Positions 46,928-55,962 of a stretch of 64,000 nt of DNA are shown here, one piece after another (within the stretch, counting starts at the first letter, position 1; every line of letters starts with the position of its first letter). The stretch is from a virus. The position numbers were made by a program, and so were the translations under genes. The notes below the pieces were generated by a model. That model was not told the origin of the DNA. It was given only the letters and a program-made list of their open reading frames with translations, and made no database searches. Location of the stretch: IMG/VR virus record IMGVR_UViG_3300017917_004503, positions 1 through 64,000 of that record, one strand, 5' to 3'.

Positions 46928-47539
46928 ATGCAGCAATCTAAGGAAACCAACATTCAAAAATTAGCTGAAGATTTTATCAGCAAAAAAACCGACAAATCCT
47001 TTGCGGATCTTTTTAATCGTCTCAAACCCGGGGTTTCCAATCATTGTTTTCTCATTCTCAAGGACACTGAGCTTGCAGAGGATGCCTTTTTAAACACCAT
47101 GTCTAAAGTTTGGCAGAAGATAGATCAGTATAAATTAGAGAGAGGTAATTTTTCTACCTGGTGTTACAATATTGCCCGAAATGAATCTCTTTTACTAATG
47201 AAATCCAGAAAAAAACTGGTTAACCATGAAGAAATAGATTTAGAGTTTCTATCATCTAAAAACACCCTTGGGGAAATAGGCGGAGTTTACACAATAGAGG
47301 ATGATCCAGCATACGCATTCTTCAGTGAGGAGAACACCATCGACTCTGTCTATGAGTCTGTTTTGGACGAGATCAGATCATTACCCGAAACCTATAGAGA
47401 TATTATGATAGACCGTGAGATCCACGGTATGAAATATAAAGATATAGCTGATAAATATGGCATAAAGAAAAGATCGATTGCTACCAGAATCAGAAGAGCT
47501 AGAGGTAGAATAAGAAAGAAGATTGACGAGAAACAATAG
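46928..47539 (+). CDS. ECF-type RNA polymerase sigma factor
   Basis: AEDAF...KVW..I..Y, FSTWCYNIARN (region 2); LPETYR..M..R...GMKYKDIA......SIATRIRRAR (region 4). Confidence 0.92.
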   Translation: MQQSKETNIQKLAEDFISKKTDKSFADLFNRLKPGVSNHCFLILKDTELAEDAFLNTMSKVWQKIDQYKLERGNFSTWCYNIARNESLLLMKSRKKLVNHEEIDLEFLSSKNTLGEIGGVYTIEDDPAYAFFSEENTIDSVYESVLDEIRSLPETYRDIMIDREIHGMKYKDIADKYGIKKRSIATRIRRARGRIRKKIDEKQ

Positions 47540-47557
47540 CACAAAAAATCATATAAT
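47530..47557 (+). promoter_or_regulatory. Middle-type promoter in 3' end of ECF sigma gene
   Basis: GAAAC-N17-TATAAT. Confidence 0.6.
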
Positions 47558-47562
47558 CTAAT

Positions 47563-48006
47563 ATGTTAGCGATATTCAAATTTATAAAGGTCTGGAAAGA
47601 TGTAGCTATTTATAGGGATTATTTAAAGATAATAAAGAAAGAATCTCTAAATTCCCCTGTTTGGTCTAGAAAAAATCTGAGAAAGGATTGGTTCGGAAGA
47701 ATCTATACCGTCGTGAACTTACCCCCTGAAGTAATTTTTTCGGCTGATTTACCTAAAGAATCCAGACCATCGTTTGTTATGAATGAGATCAAGCCAATTA
47801 ACGACTATATGAAGTCTCTTAATCTCCAGGAGATATTAACTTTAAGTATAGAGGAGGTTGAGAGCACAAACGCTGAGTCTTATTTGGTTGTTTATCAATA
47901 TCTTTTTAGAGAGTTAAACTGGATTTGGATTTTTAGATTTGTGATCGAGTTGATTTTTATAACGACATTAATTATTAAATGGGATTGGATAATAAGCCTC
48001 TTTTAG
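47563..48006 (+). CDS. Hypothetical protein with C-terminal membrane anchor
   Basis: Hydrophobic C-terminus; follows middle promoter 47530. Confidence 0.55.
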   Translation: MLAIFKFIKVWKDVAIYRDYLKIIKKESLNSPVWSRKNLRKDWFGRIYTVVNLPPEVIFSADLPKESRPSFVMNEIKPINDYMKSLNLQEILTLSIEEVESTNAESYLVVYQYLFRELNWIWIFRFVIELIFITTLIIKWDWIISLF

Positions 48007-48818
48007 TACCTGGCCATGATCATCTCATGCAAGCTAAATCTGAAATTGAAAAAAAGCTTTTAGTCTTTAAAGATAAAAACTTTACTTTCGATGAAGATTC
48101 TCATACGTATAGGTTTAACGATATTAAATACGACTCTGTTACGACATTTCTTAAGACATTTAAAGTTCCCTTTGATCGTGAATATTGGTCGAGAAAAAAG
48201 GCTGAAGAGAGAGGCGTAGACGTTTCCGTTGTTTTGAATGAATGGCAAGAAAAAGCTAATAATGCGACTAGTTTAGGTACAAGAGTACATAAATACATTG
48301 AAGATTTTTGGAGCGGTGAAAATCCTGAATTTCCCAGTGATGAGAAATTGCTAGAGAGAATTCAGAGCTTTGTTGATATCTATAATAGAAAACTTCATGT
48401 TTTGCTTCCTCTTAAATCAGAGTTGAAAATTTTTTCAAGGAGATGGAGATTGGCTGGAACTATTGATCAGCCTTTTCTTTTTTGGTCTTTTCATCATGAA
48501 AGACCTTTTTTGATTATAGGAGATTGGAAGACTAATGGCGAATTTAGAGACGATTCCCACCCAAAGGGTAGATATAAAAAATTACTCCGACCTTTTTCAC
48601 ACCTTTACGAAAATCACCATAATGAATATTCTATACAGATTAGTCTCTATAGGTTAATTTTAGAAGAAGAAGCAAACATAGAAACTCAGGATGGATTTTT
48701 GTGTCACATAGGCCCAGAAGGACCTGCCAAAATCTATAGAACTAAAGATTTGAGAGAACCACTTAAAGTGTTTCTAGATCACAATAGAACTGAATTTGAT
48801 ATTTTTAATATTGATTAG
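47979..48818 (+). CDS. PD-(D/E)XK exonuclease
   Basis: HTY, SVTT, GTRVH..IE, SE...LAGTID, IGDWKT, YSIQISLY. Confidence 0.85.
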   Translation: MGLDNKPLLVPGHDHLMQAKSEIEKKLLVFKDKNFTFDEDSHTYRFNDIKYDSVTTFLKTFKVPFDREYWSRKKAEERGVDVSVVLNEWQEKANNATSLGTRVHKYIEDFWSGENPEFPSDEKLLERIQSFVDIYNRKLHVLLPLKSELKIFSRRWRLAGTIDQPFLFWSFHHERPFLIIGDWKTNGEFRDDSHPKGRYKKLLRPFSHLYENHHNEYSIQISLYRLILEEEANIETQDGFLCHIGPEGPAKIYRTKDLREPLKVFLDHNRTEFDIFNID

Positions 48819-48846
48819 AAACAAAAGTGGATAATTGATCTAAAAA
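48818..48846 (+). promoter_or_regulatory. Middle-type promoter
   Basis: GAAAC-N18-TAAAAA. Confidence 0.55.
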
Positions 48847-48862
48847 AAAGAAAAAGAAAAAT

Positions 48863-49387
48863 ATGGCAAATAATAAAGCATCCAAGAAAATGACAGAAAC
48901 CGGTCCTGGAGCATCATCAGAGGTAGATTTCCAAACCATGAATCCTGAATCTGATATTATGATAGATCAGGAATTAGTTAAATCACTTGAAAACAAAATC
49001 AAGGATAAAAAAGAGGAAATTAAAAACAAGGTTTATGCTATTACCTTCTCTGAAGATCTTCTACAGAAGTATGAAAAATTCATAAACGAAGAAGCTGAAT
49101 GGAATTCGACCGAGGCTATTGGAGTTAAAGAGATAGCTAAAAATATACAGAAAATAAAGAAGGATGGTGTAAAAAACGGTGTTATTTATCTAGGAGCACT
49201 GGCTTTAGAAGCTACCCATTATTTTATTTCTAAGAGTAAGGGCAAGGGCTTAAAACAAGCCGAAGCTTTCATTGATCTCTATAAACCTTTTGACCAGGCA
49301 CTATCTGATGCTAAGATGGATGCAGCAGAGGTAAAAGACCTAGATAAACAACTTGCTGCAGCAATGCAAGGCATTTCTTTAGGATAA
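48863..49387 (+). CDS. Hypothetical protein
   Basis: Clean ORF between middle promoter and terminator. Confidence 0.6.
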   Translation: MANNKASKKMTETGPGASSEVDFQTMNPESDIMIDQELVKSLENKIKDKKEEIKNKVYAITFSEDLLQKYEKFINEEAEWNSTEAIGVKEIAKNIQKIKKDGVKNGVIYLGALALEATHYFISKSKGKGLKQAEAFIDLYKPFDQALSDAKMDAAEVKDLDKQLAAAMQGISLG

Positions 49388-49406
49388 ATTACACACTAAA
49401 TAAAAC

Positions 49407-49436
49407 AAAACCAGTCATTTTTGATTGGTTTTTTTT
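49407..49436 (+). terminator. Intrinsic terminator
   Basis: AAAACCAGTCA-TTTT-TGATTGGTTTT plus T run. Confidence 0.75.
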
Positions 49437-49451
49437 GTGACTTTTAAATTT

Positions 49452-49459
49452 GATATATA
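49452..49459 (+). promoter_or_regulatory. Late promoter motif
   Basis: GATATATA after terminator. Confidence 0.65.
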
Positions 49460-49476
49460 AATGAAGTAAATTAATT

Positions 49477-49785
49477 ATGAAACAGCTACAAAAAATCAAA
49501 GAAAATTCTTGGGCAATAACTTTAGTTTTAAGTGTTTTGCTTTTCTTTAAACAATGCGGAGTTAGTAGGGATATTGATAGAATACAGAAGGATCTGAAAG
49601 TAATCTCTAAAAATGTTGATTCAACACAAAATCAACAGATGACTAAAGATGAGGTAAAACAAACTATGAATGAAGTTATGTTTGATTTCCTTATTTATGA
49701 AGACGATTTCGATAAAGGTAAATCTTCTCTATCAGATATTAAATCAAAAATTAAATCGTCGGTTGATGGAAAAGGCCAAGAATAA
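49477..49785 (+). CDS. Single-TM coiled-coil membrane protein
   Basis: WAITLVLSVLLFF segment then coiled coil; late motif 49452. Confidence 0.6.
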   Translation: MKQLQKIKENSWAITLVLSVLLFFKQCGVSRDIDRIQKDLKVISKNVDSTQNQQMTKDEVKQTMNEVMFDFLIYEDDFDKGKSSLSDIKSKIKSSVDGKGQE

Positions 49786-50449
49786 GTTAGTAAACGGTTT
49801 TATAATTAGCACCTTTGTTGGACTTTATTTAATCGTTTCAGTTATCTCTACTATCCACGTTATAGAGTTCTTCGAACTCTCTAATCCTAAGTGGCTCGCA
49901 ATCTCTTTGGCATTAGCTTTCGAAGTTGGTGCAGCAGCATCATTGTCATCACTTATAGTTCTTGATAAGATGAATAAATTTTTGGTTTGGATCTTGTTTA
50001 TAGTTTTAACATGTATGCAAGCTATGGGTAACACATATTATGCTTATACCCACATACACGATTTCCAATCATGGAGTGAGCTATTTGGTCTTGTCGATGA
50101 TGATTTAATATATCAGAAAAGATTGTTATCTATTATAAGTGGTGCAATTTTACCTTTAGTTTCATTGGGATTCATAAAATCTTTGGTTGATTACATTAGA
50201 CCAGAAGACAAAAAAGATGAAGTGCCAGAATCTGATTTAATAGAACCTTCTTTAGAGCCAGATTCTAAAGAAGATCCTTCAGAAATCTCAGATATTCTAA
50301 ATACTGAACAAATAGAAGAAGCTCAAGAAGCTCCTGTAGAAAATCCTATAATAGAACAGATAGAGCAACCGGTTGAAGTAGTGCAATCTATTAATAGAGG
50401 TAAAACTGGATACATTCCTCAGGATCTGAATCCAACAAAAATAAAATAA
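49766..50449 (+). CDS. Four-TM membrane protein with acidic tail
   Basis: ATG 49766; four hydrophobic segments then Glu/Pro-rich tail. Confidence 0.6.
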   Translation: MEKAKNKLVNGFIISTFVGLYLIVSVISTIHVIEFFELSNPKWLAISLALAFEVGAAASLSSLIVLDKMNKFLVWILFIVLTCMQAMGNTYYAYTHIHDFQSWSELFGLVDDDLIYQKRLLSIISGAILPLVSLGFIKSLVDYIRPEDKKDEVPESDLIEPSLEPDSKEDPSEISDILNTEQIEEAQEAPVENPIIEQIEQPVEVVQSINRGKTGYIPQDLNPTKIK

Positions 50450-50455
50450 GAAAAA

Positions 50456-51127
50456 GTGTCGAATAACAATCTTGATTTTGATGGGGGTTCAGCTCTATCC
50501 GTTGGAACCAATAATTTTCCTGGTGGATCTGCCGGATTTGCTCTGGATCCTATGGAAGGAACAACAGGGCCACAAACTTTCGTTACCACATATACTAACA
50601 TAGCCCAGAAAAAAGCTGATTTAACAAGAGTTAATGCAACTTTTAGGGATTTTAACGATCAGCCAGAAATTAAATTTATCAAGGAATCTTTTGATGTCAT
50701 TCAGCAAGCGGATACGCTCGATTATCTTGATGTTGCTTCTTTTTTTCATCCTCTCCAATCTTTTTCTGATTTCCAGAAGCAAACCTTTATAATTGGACCT
50801 AGAAATTCTGTTAATTTAGACCCTTCTGGATTCGAAGGAACATCTGGTGAAGCTTCAATGCTTATGGCAAGAGCTTATTACTTGCCAGAAACTGAAGAAG
50901 ATGAGAAAATATTGTTCTGGGATTATAAAGGAATGGGTAGGAATGTGATGGGTCAATTCATGGTTTTAACCGGAGCAATAAAAGAAGATTCTCATTGGAA
51001 GGGATGGGATTTAGATCCCTTTTCGACGTATGGACACACAGGACCTGCCGATTCTGCACAGGGTGGATTTATTTTCACTAATCCCACAGAACGAAATGTT
51101 AAATTAACAATAATAACAGCTAACTAA
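50456..51127 (+). CDS. Putative virion protein, paralog of downstream gene
   Basis: W.YKG...MGQFMVLTG...GW.L...GGFIFTN...VKL. Confidence 0.5.
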   Translation: MSNNNLDFDGGSALSVGTNNFPGGSAGFALDPMEGTTGPQTFVTTYTNIAQKKADLTRVNATFRDFNDQPEIKFIKESFDVIQQADTLDYLDVASFFHPLQSFSDFQKQTFIIGPRNSVNLDPSGFEGTSGEASMLMARAYYLPETEEDEKILFWDYKGMGRNVMGQFMVLTGAIKEDSHWKGWDLDPFSTYGHTGPADSAQGGFIFTNPTERNVKLTIITAN

Positions 51128-51130
51128 AAA

Positions 51131-51613
51131 ATGGCAACTCAACCGATAATTTGTCCTTATGAAGAGGGTACAGGATTTAGATTCCATAGAGGAAATCTCG
51201 TTTTAGATGAAGGTGGCATGAAACTCCCAGTTTATCTAGAATTAGGTGACATGTTCCAGGAAACACCAGCTTTTAGCAAAAGTAGGGTTTTTCTAAAAGC
51301 GGGTAAATGTTTTTTACTCAGCCAAACTAATATAGGCGATAATGACGGATATGTGTCATTCATAGCAGTTAAAGTTACATATCCTTCTTCTGTAGTTGAG
51401 TCTAAAAAATATTTGGAGTGGACATATTTAGGAAATACCTATTACATGGGTGAATTAATGGTTTTATCTGGTAAAAAGCTATCAACAACAGATTCTATAC
51501 AGGAGGGATGGTTTTTATCGAAACCTGGTGTTGAATCTCAATTAGGTGGTATAGTTTTTTGTAATACACATACTGATATAGACGTTAAAGTAGAAATACT
51601 TGTGTGTAAGTAA
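51131..51613 (+). CDS. Putative virion protein, paralog of upstream gene
   Basis: W.YLG...MGELMVLSG...GW.L...GGIVFCN...VKV. Confidence 0.5.
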   Translation: MATQPIICPYEEGTGFRFHRGNLVLDEGGMKLPVYLELGDMFQETPAFSKSRVFLKAGKCFLLSQTNIGDNDGYVSFIAVKVTYPSSVVESKKYLEWTYLGNTYYMGELMVLSGKKLSTTDSIQEGWFLSKPGVESQLGGIVFCNTHTDIDVKVEILVCK

Positions 51614-51635
51614 ACAAAAAATAAGATTTAGGTTA

Positions 51636-51676
51636 AATATATAGTAGAAAGTTTTCGTTCCCTATTGGGATATATA
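51636..51676 (+). promoter_or_regulatory. Tandem late promoter motifs
   Basis: AATATATA 51636 and GATATATA 51669. Confidence 0.65.
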
Positions 51677-51699
51677 ATAAGAATAAAAAAAACAAGACC

Positions 51700-54255
51700 A
51701 TGGATTTTATAAACCAAGTGAAAAAATTAAAAGAGCTAACTAAATCACCTGAAGTTAGACAAATCTGCGAGAAATATCTTAGCGGATCAAATGAGGTCTC
51801 AAAGGAACAGGTAGAGGCCGTTATTAATGAACAAGCTACTCCTGATGTTAAGAATCATTGGGATTCGATTGCTCAAGAGCAATTACAGGCTTCTAAAAAA
51901 GCCGCTCAAGCTCTTATGGAATCTTGGGGAGGTTTCGGAAGAGGATCTTCGAATTCTGGTTCTTATAAACCTTCGGTTAAGCAAGAAGAAAACACTTCAG
52001 CTCTTTTAGAGAATCTTAATACTATATCGATTGAAGATAACAACGCTAAATCTTTTGTTGAAGCTCAGAACTTAAAAAATCTTGGGATCTTAGAATCTAT
52101 TAACAAGATTAAAGGACTTTCTATTTCTGAATATCCTAAAGTTAAAATAGTTTGTGAGCAATACTCTAACTTAATCGTTAACAAAAACATTCCTGAGTTT
52201 TCTTTAATCAATGGATTTATCTCTGAAATGGAGTCTTTTAAATGGGACGTATCTATATTACCAGTCATAGAAAATCTAAAAGAAAAATCTTCTAGATTTT
52301 CAAGAGAAATCGAAGTTGCTAAAGTTATCGAATCTATAAAAACTAGTGGATCAGCTTCTTTTTATTCTGACTTGTCAGAATCGCTAAATTCTTGGTTAAT
52401 CTCTGAAAATAAATCCTCTGGATTATTAGCAAAAGAAATTAGTAAATGGTCTTTCAATCCTGTCGTTAGAAATCTAATCAATTTCTTAAATGCTAATGAA
52501 GCAAGTAACACATCTAAGCTGGAGTTACCTGTGAATGCTCAAAACGAGTCAAGGGTTTCTAGAATTTTTTCACCTATTTTAATCGAAGGTGAGACTACAT
52601 ATTTCACCGCAGGAAAGAGTATCTTCCAAATTAAAGATAGCTCGATAAAAAGATTAAATGAAAAAGAGATCGCTTCAGTTCCAGGAGAGTATATTTCTTT
52701 GGTTAACGCTTGTTTAAAACCTTATGTTCAAATTTCAGAAAGCGGAGTTAAAATATCTCTAGGTAAGAAATCTGTTAGCATTATCGAAGAGAAAGAAGAT
52801 GTTTCAGTTTATCTTGGTAAATCTAGATTAAACTTTAGATCAGTTGCAGAACTTGCTAAAATACTTGGTCTTGAATCTAGCAGCCATTTCGGAGTAAATG
52901 AGTCACAAGTAGTTGGAGATATTCTTAACATCTATACTAACTTCAGAAATATAGTAGAGCTTGATTTCGCTAAAAACATTTCGTCTAATATCTACGAAGG
53001 TGTTTCGGTTAATCTTATTAAATGGGATAATAATATCTTCTTACAGAGAATAAACGATGCAATGAGAGAAAATTCTGTTTATAAAGTTAATGGATCTCAA
53101 GCCGTGAAAATGGTTAAAGATTTCTTAAGATATGACATATCAGAGGGCTTAACTGAATTCTTGGATGGAGAACAGAAGATCAAGTCTATTATGGTAAATG
53201 ATAGAACTAAGGTCCTTGAAAACATCTCTCGTGTTGAATCAGAAGTTAACAAACTAGAGACATTGATGGAAAGCAATCCTCTTTATGCTGCTTCAAAGGA
53301 AATAAAATCAGCTCATGGATTATTAACCAGTGAACTTTCAGTTCTTAGAGAAAAATGGAATCAGATTAATCTTGAGATCTCTAAGATAGAATCAGAACCT
53401 AATATAGTATCAGATCTTTTTGAAGATCAAAAATTCAATATTGGCGATCTAGTTAAAATTAAAGAATCAGGTGAAACCGGAAAGATTATTTCTGTTGATG
53501 GAAGTTCTGGCAGATATACAATCCTTTTAGACAATGGAAGAACTTCGGATTACATGGTTAATGATATAGTTGATCTTGAAGAAGCATTAGCTCAAGCAGC
53601 AGAAAGAAACGAAGAAAAAGCTGGTGAAGATAGATCAGAGGAAGAAGGATCAGAAGAAATGAAGGAGTCAAACAACCTCAATAAATCTAATCTTTCAATC
53701 GAAGAACAGAAAAAACTTTTAAAAACTTTTTCAACAGGTCATTCTTTTTCTAAAGCTCCAGAAGACGAGAACGAAGAAATAGAAATGGAACTTGATAGCT
53801 TACATGGATACAATGTAACTATGAATGAAAAGAATCAAACAACAGCTAAAGCACCAGGCGATAGTAAATTAGAATCAGGTAAAGATGCTAATAAAAAGAA
53901 TCTAGCAACTGCACCAGGATCTCATAAAAAAGAAAAGGCAAAGGCTGAAGGTGAAGATTTATTAAGCGATAATGCACCTGAAACTAAAAAGAAAACCGAA
54001 TTTGATGGTAAAGATGCTGAAGGATCTAAATATGAAATCGGATATAACATCAGAGAAGGTAAAGCCGAAGACGAGGGTAATATGGTAGAAGCTCCTGAAA
54101 AGGGGAAAAATGCTAAAGAAACAACTGCTAAGGGTAACTTAGAAAAGATGATGAATTTGGCCGAGGCTCCAGGTAAAGAAGGTAATATTGATTTCGAAGT
54201 AAACGATGAAATGGGATATAACATTCAAGAATCCGACGAAGTAAAAAAAAACTAA
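51700..54255 (+). CDS. Large prohead core/scaffold-like protein with KOW/SH3-like domain and acidic repeat tail
   Basis: Coiled coils, FNIGDLVKIK..GETGKIISVD, repeated xAP and GYN[IV]xxE motifs; two late motifs upstream. Confidence 0.5.
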   Translation: MDFINQVKKLKELTKSPEVRQICEKYLSGSNEVSKEQVEAVINEQATPDVKNHWDSIAQEQLQASKKAAQALMESWGGFGRGSSNSGSYKPSVKQEENTSALLENLNTISIEDNNAKSFVEAQNLKNLGILESINKIKGLSISEYPKVKIVCEQYSNLIVNKNIPEFSLINGFISEMESFKWDVSILPVIENLKEKSSRFSREIEVAKVIESIKTSGSASFYSDLSESLNSWLISENKSSGLLAKEISKWSFNPVVRNLINFLNANEASNTSKLELPVNAQNESRVSRIFSPILIEGETTYFTAGKSIFQIKDSSIKRLNEKEIASVPGEYISLVNACLKPYVQISESGVKISLGKKSVSIIEEKEDVSVYLGKSRLNFRSVAELAKILGLESSSHFGVNESQVVGDILNIYTNFRNIVELDFAKNISSNIYEGVSVNLIKWDNNIFLQRINDAMRENSVYKVNGSQAVKMVKDFLRYDISEGLTEFLDGEQKIKSIMVNDRTKVLENISRVESEVNKLETLMESNPLYAASKEIKSAHGLLTSELSVLREKWNQINLEISKIESEPNIVSDLFEDQKFNIGDLVKIKESGETGKIISVDGSSGRYTILLDNGRTSDYMVNDIVDLEEALAQAAERNEEKAGEDRSEEEGSEEMKESNNLNKSNLSIEEQKKLLKTFSTGHSFSKAPEDENEEIEMELDSLHGYNVTMNEKNQTTAKAPGDSKLESGKDANKKNLATAPGSHKKEKAKAEGEDLLSDNAPETKKKTEFDGKDAEGSKYEIGYNIREGKAEDEGNMVEAPEKGKNAKETTAKGNLEKMMNLAEAPGKEGNIDFEVNDEMGYNIQESDEVKKN

Positions 54256-54410
54256 GTCGTAATTTTTACTTCGCACCGAAAGATAAGAATCAAAATTCAC
54301 CGGGACAAAAATTTGTAGATCCTATAGAAGGTAGAATGAGTAAAGCTCCAACAGGAAAGGAATCTGAAGAAATAGAGACTGATTCTGATTCACAGGAAGA
54401 TTCTAAATAA
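54252..54410 (+). other. -1 frame 52-codon extension of the 51700 gene behind A9C slippery run
   Basis: GTA AAA AAA AAC TAA; -1 frame reads LSRNFYFAPKDK...MSKAPTGKESEEIETDSDSQEDSK*. Confidence 0.7.
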
Positions 54411-54419
54411 TTTTAACAT

Positions 54420-54448
54420 GAAAAGAACGTAAAACCTACGTTCTTTTC
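54420..54448 (+). terminator. Intrinsic terminator
   Basis: GAAAAGAACGTA-AAACC-TACGTTCTTTTC followed by TTTT. Confidence 0.75.
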
Positions 54449-54452
54449 TTTT

Positions 54453-54481
54453 GAAATAAAATCCACCTTTAGTAGTATAAT
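54453..54481 (+). promoter_or_regulatory. Middle-type promoter for gp55
   Basis: GAAAT-N18-TATAAT right after terminator. Confidence 0.7.
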
Positions 54482-54503
54482 TATTTAAAATTATTGAATT
54501 TTA

Positions 54504-54863
54504 ATGGCTAAGGATTACGTAAAAAATAGCGATCTAATGGTTGCTATAATAGAATCAAAAAAAGCAGGCAAGCTAACACCCGATGCCATTGCTATGTTTG
54601 GACTTATGATACAGGGAATATCAAAGAAAATGGCATATAAGGATCCAGAAGATAAAGAGGACTGTATGGCTTTTGCTATGGAGGATCTTTGCAAATATTG
54701 GGATAGATTTAATCCTGAAAAATCAAATAACCCTTTTGCTTATTTCACACAAATTGCAAAAAATGGATTTGCAAAGGGATGGAAAAAAATACATCCACCA
54801 AAAAGTCCAAAAACTATACCGTTTAGTCATATTACAGGAGAAGATAACACATATAACATCTAA
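54504..54863 (+). CDS. gp55: Late transcription sigma factor (gp55-like, very short)
   Basis: YVKN..L, Y....KED, RFNPEKSNNPFAYFTQIAKNGF. Confidence 0.85.
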   Translation: MAKDYVKNSDLMVAIIESKKAGKLTPDAIAMFGLMIQGISKKMAYKDPEDKEDCMAFAMEDLCKYWDRFNPEKSNNPFAYFTQIAKNGFAKGWKKIHPPKSPKTIPFSHITGEDNTYNI

Positions 54864-54865
54864 AG

Positions 54866-55351
54866 ATGACCGATATTAAAAAGGTAAAACCTAATGGAGA
54901 GTATAAGTCTGGTTTATATGAACCACAAAATCCAGAAAAGTACATAGGAGATATTCACAATATCATATTTAGATCGTCTTGGGAATATAGATTTTGTGTA
55001 TACTGTGATACTAATGAATCAATATTAAAATGGAGTTCAGAACCTCTTAAAATACCGTATTACAATCCTCTGGATAAAAAGGAACATGAATATAATGTTG
55101 ACTTTTATGTCAGAGTTTTAAAAGAATCTGGTGAAGAACAAGAGTGGATCTTAGAGATTAAGCCCGAAAGACAAACAAAAAAACCGGTATTTGAAGGAAT
55201 AACTACTTTACAGAAACTGAAATCGTATAATCATAATATGCAGATCTGGATTACGAACCAATCTAAGTTTAAAGCTGCAAAACACTGGGCTGAGAAAAGA
55301 GGTTTTAGATTTGGTGTCGTTGATGAAAATTTCTTATTTAAGAGTAAATGA
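54866..55351 (+). CDS. gp4: Head completion nuclease (gp4, TnsA-like fold)
   Basis: PQNPEKYIGD, FRSSWE, CD.N..I.KWSSE..IPY, EIKP, NQSKFKAA. Confidence 0.88.
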   Translation: MTDIKKVKPNGEYKSGLYEPQNPEKYIGDIHNIIFRSSWEYRFCVYCDTNESILKWSSEPLKIPYYNPLDKKEHEYNVDFYVRVLKESGEEQEWILEIKPERQTKKPVFEGITTLQKLKSYNHNMQIWITNQSKFKAAKHWAEKRGFRFGVVDENFLFKSK

Positions 55352-55947
55352 TTCCATATTCACAGGAGGTGCTTCAGTATAAGAATTCGTATAAAAATTT
55401 ATCTGAGGTTGTTAGTAAAACTAACTCTAAATTTTCAGAAAAGTATTATAGAGATGCTAAACCCGAGAAACCCTTCTCTCTACCGTTTATACCTGGTCAA
55501 ATTTATAGCTTTTTCTATAAGACAACAAGCAAAATAACTCCGGAAAGAACTTTTATAAACAGAAATCCTGTTGTTCTTTGTACTGAATCTTTTCAAAACA
55601 AAGAAGGTGAGCTTATACTCAAGGGTATAGATTTAATAACAGTTCCTCCTGATTTGAGAATGATTATTCTTGAAAGAATTTATAACAGTTTCTATTATAA
55701 TATAAACCCAGGTTCCTACGAGAACCCAAAACCTATATTGCTTAATCACGAAACATTAAAGAAAATACTTACAGACACTGGATACTCGAGTTCATTATTT
55801 GGTTTTAGAACCAAATTTTTTGGTGAAATCTTTACCGTCGATGTTAAAGATTGGATCATGTTACCCTATCTAACAGAATCACTCATAGAAGGCACGAATT
55901 TACAAGGGATATATACGACATATAAATCGAAATTAATCCGAGAATAA
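55348..55947 (+). CDS. DNA end-protector-like protein (gp2-like)
   Basis: PGQIYSFFY...P.V...GIDL..VPP..R pattern; adjacent to gp4. Confidence 0.5.
   Translation: MIPYSQEVLQYKNSYKNLSEVVSKTNSKFSEKYYRDAKPEKPFSLPFIPGQIYSFFYKTTSKITPERTFINRNPVVLCTESFQNKEGELILKGIDLITVPPDLRMIILERIYNSFYYNINPGSYENPKPILLNHETLKKILTDTGYSSSLFGFRTKFFGEIFTVDVKDWIMLPYLTESLIEGTNLQGIYTTYKSKLIRE
55908..55915 (+). promoter_or_regulatory. Late promoter motif for portals (within gp2-like gene)
   Basis: GATATATA about 50 nt before portal 1 start. Confidence 0.55.
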
Positions 55948-55962
55948 ACACTAAAAAGAAGA

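Noticed and set aside
47979-48818. Cas4/CRISPR adaptation module
   Set aside because: No Fe-S cysteine cluster, no other cas genes or array
54866-55351. Tn7 TnsA transposase
   Set aside because: Motifs and position between gp55 and gp2/portal fit gp4; no TnsB/C or element ends
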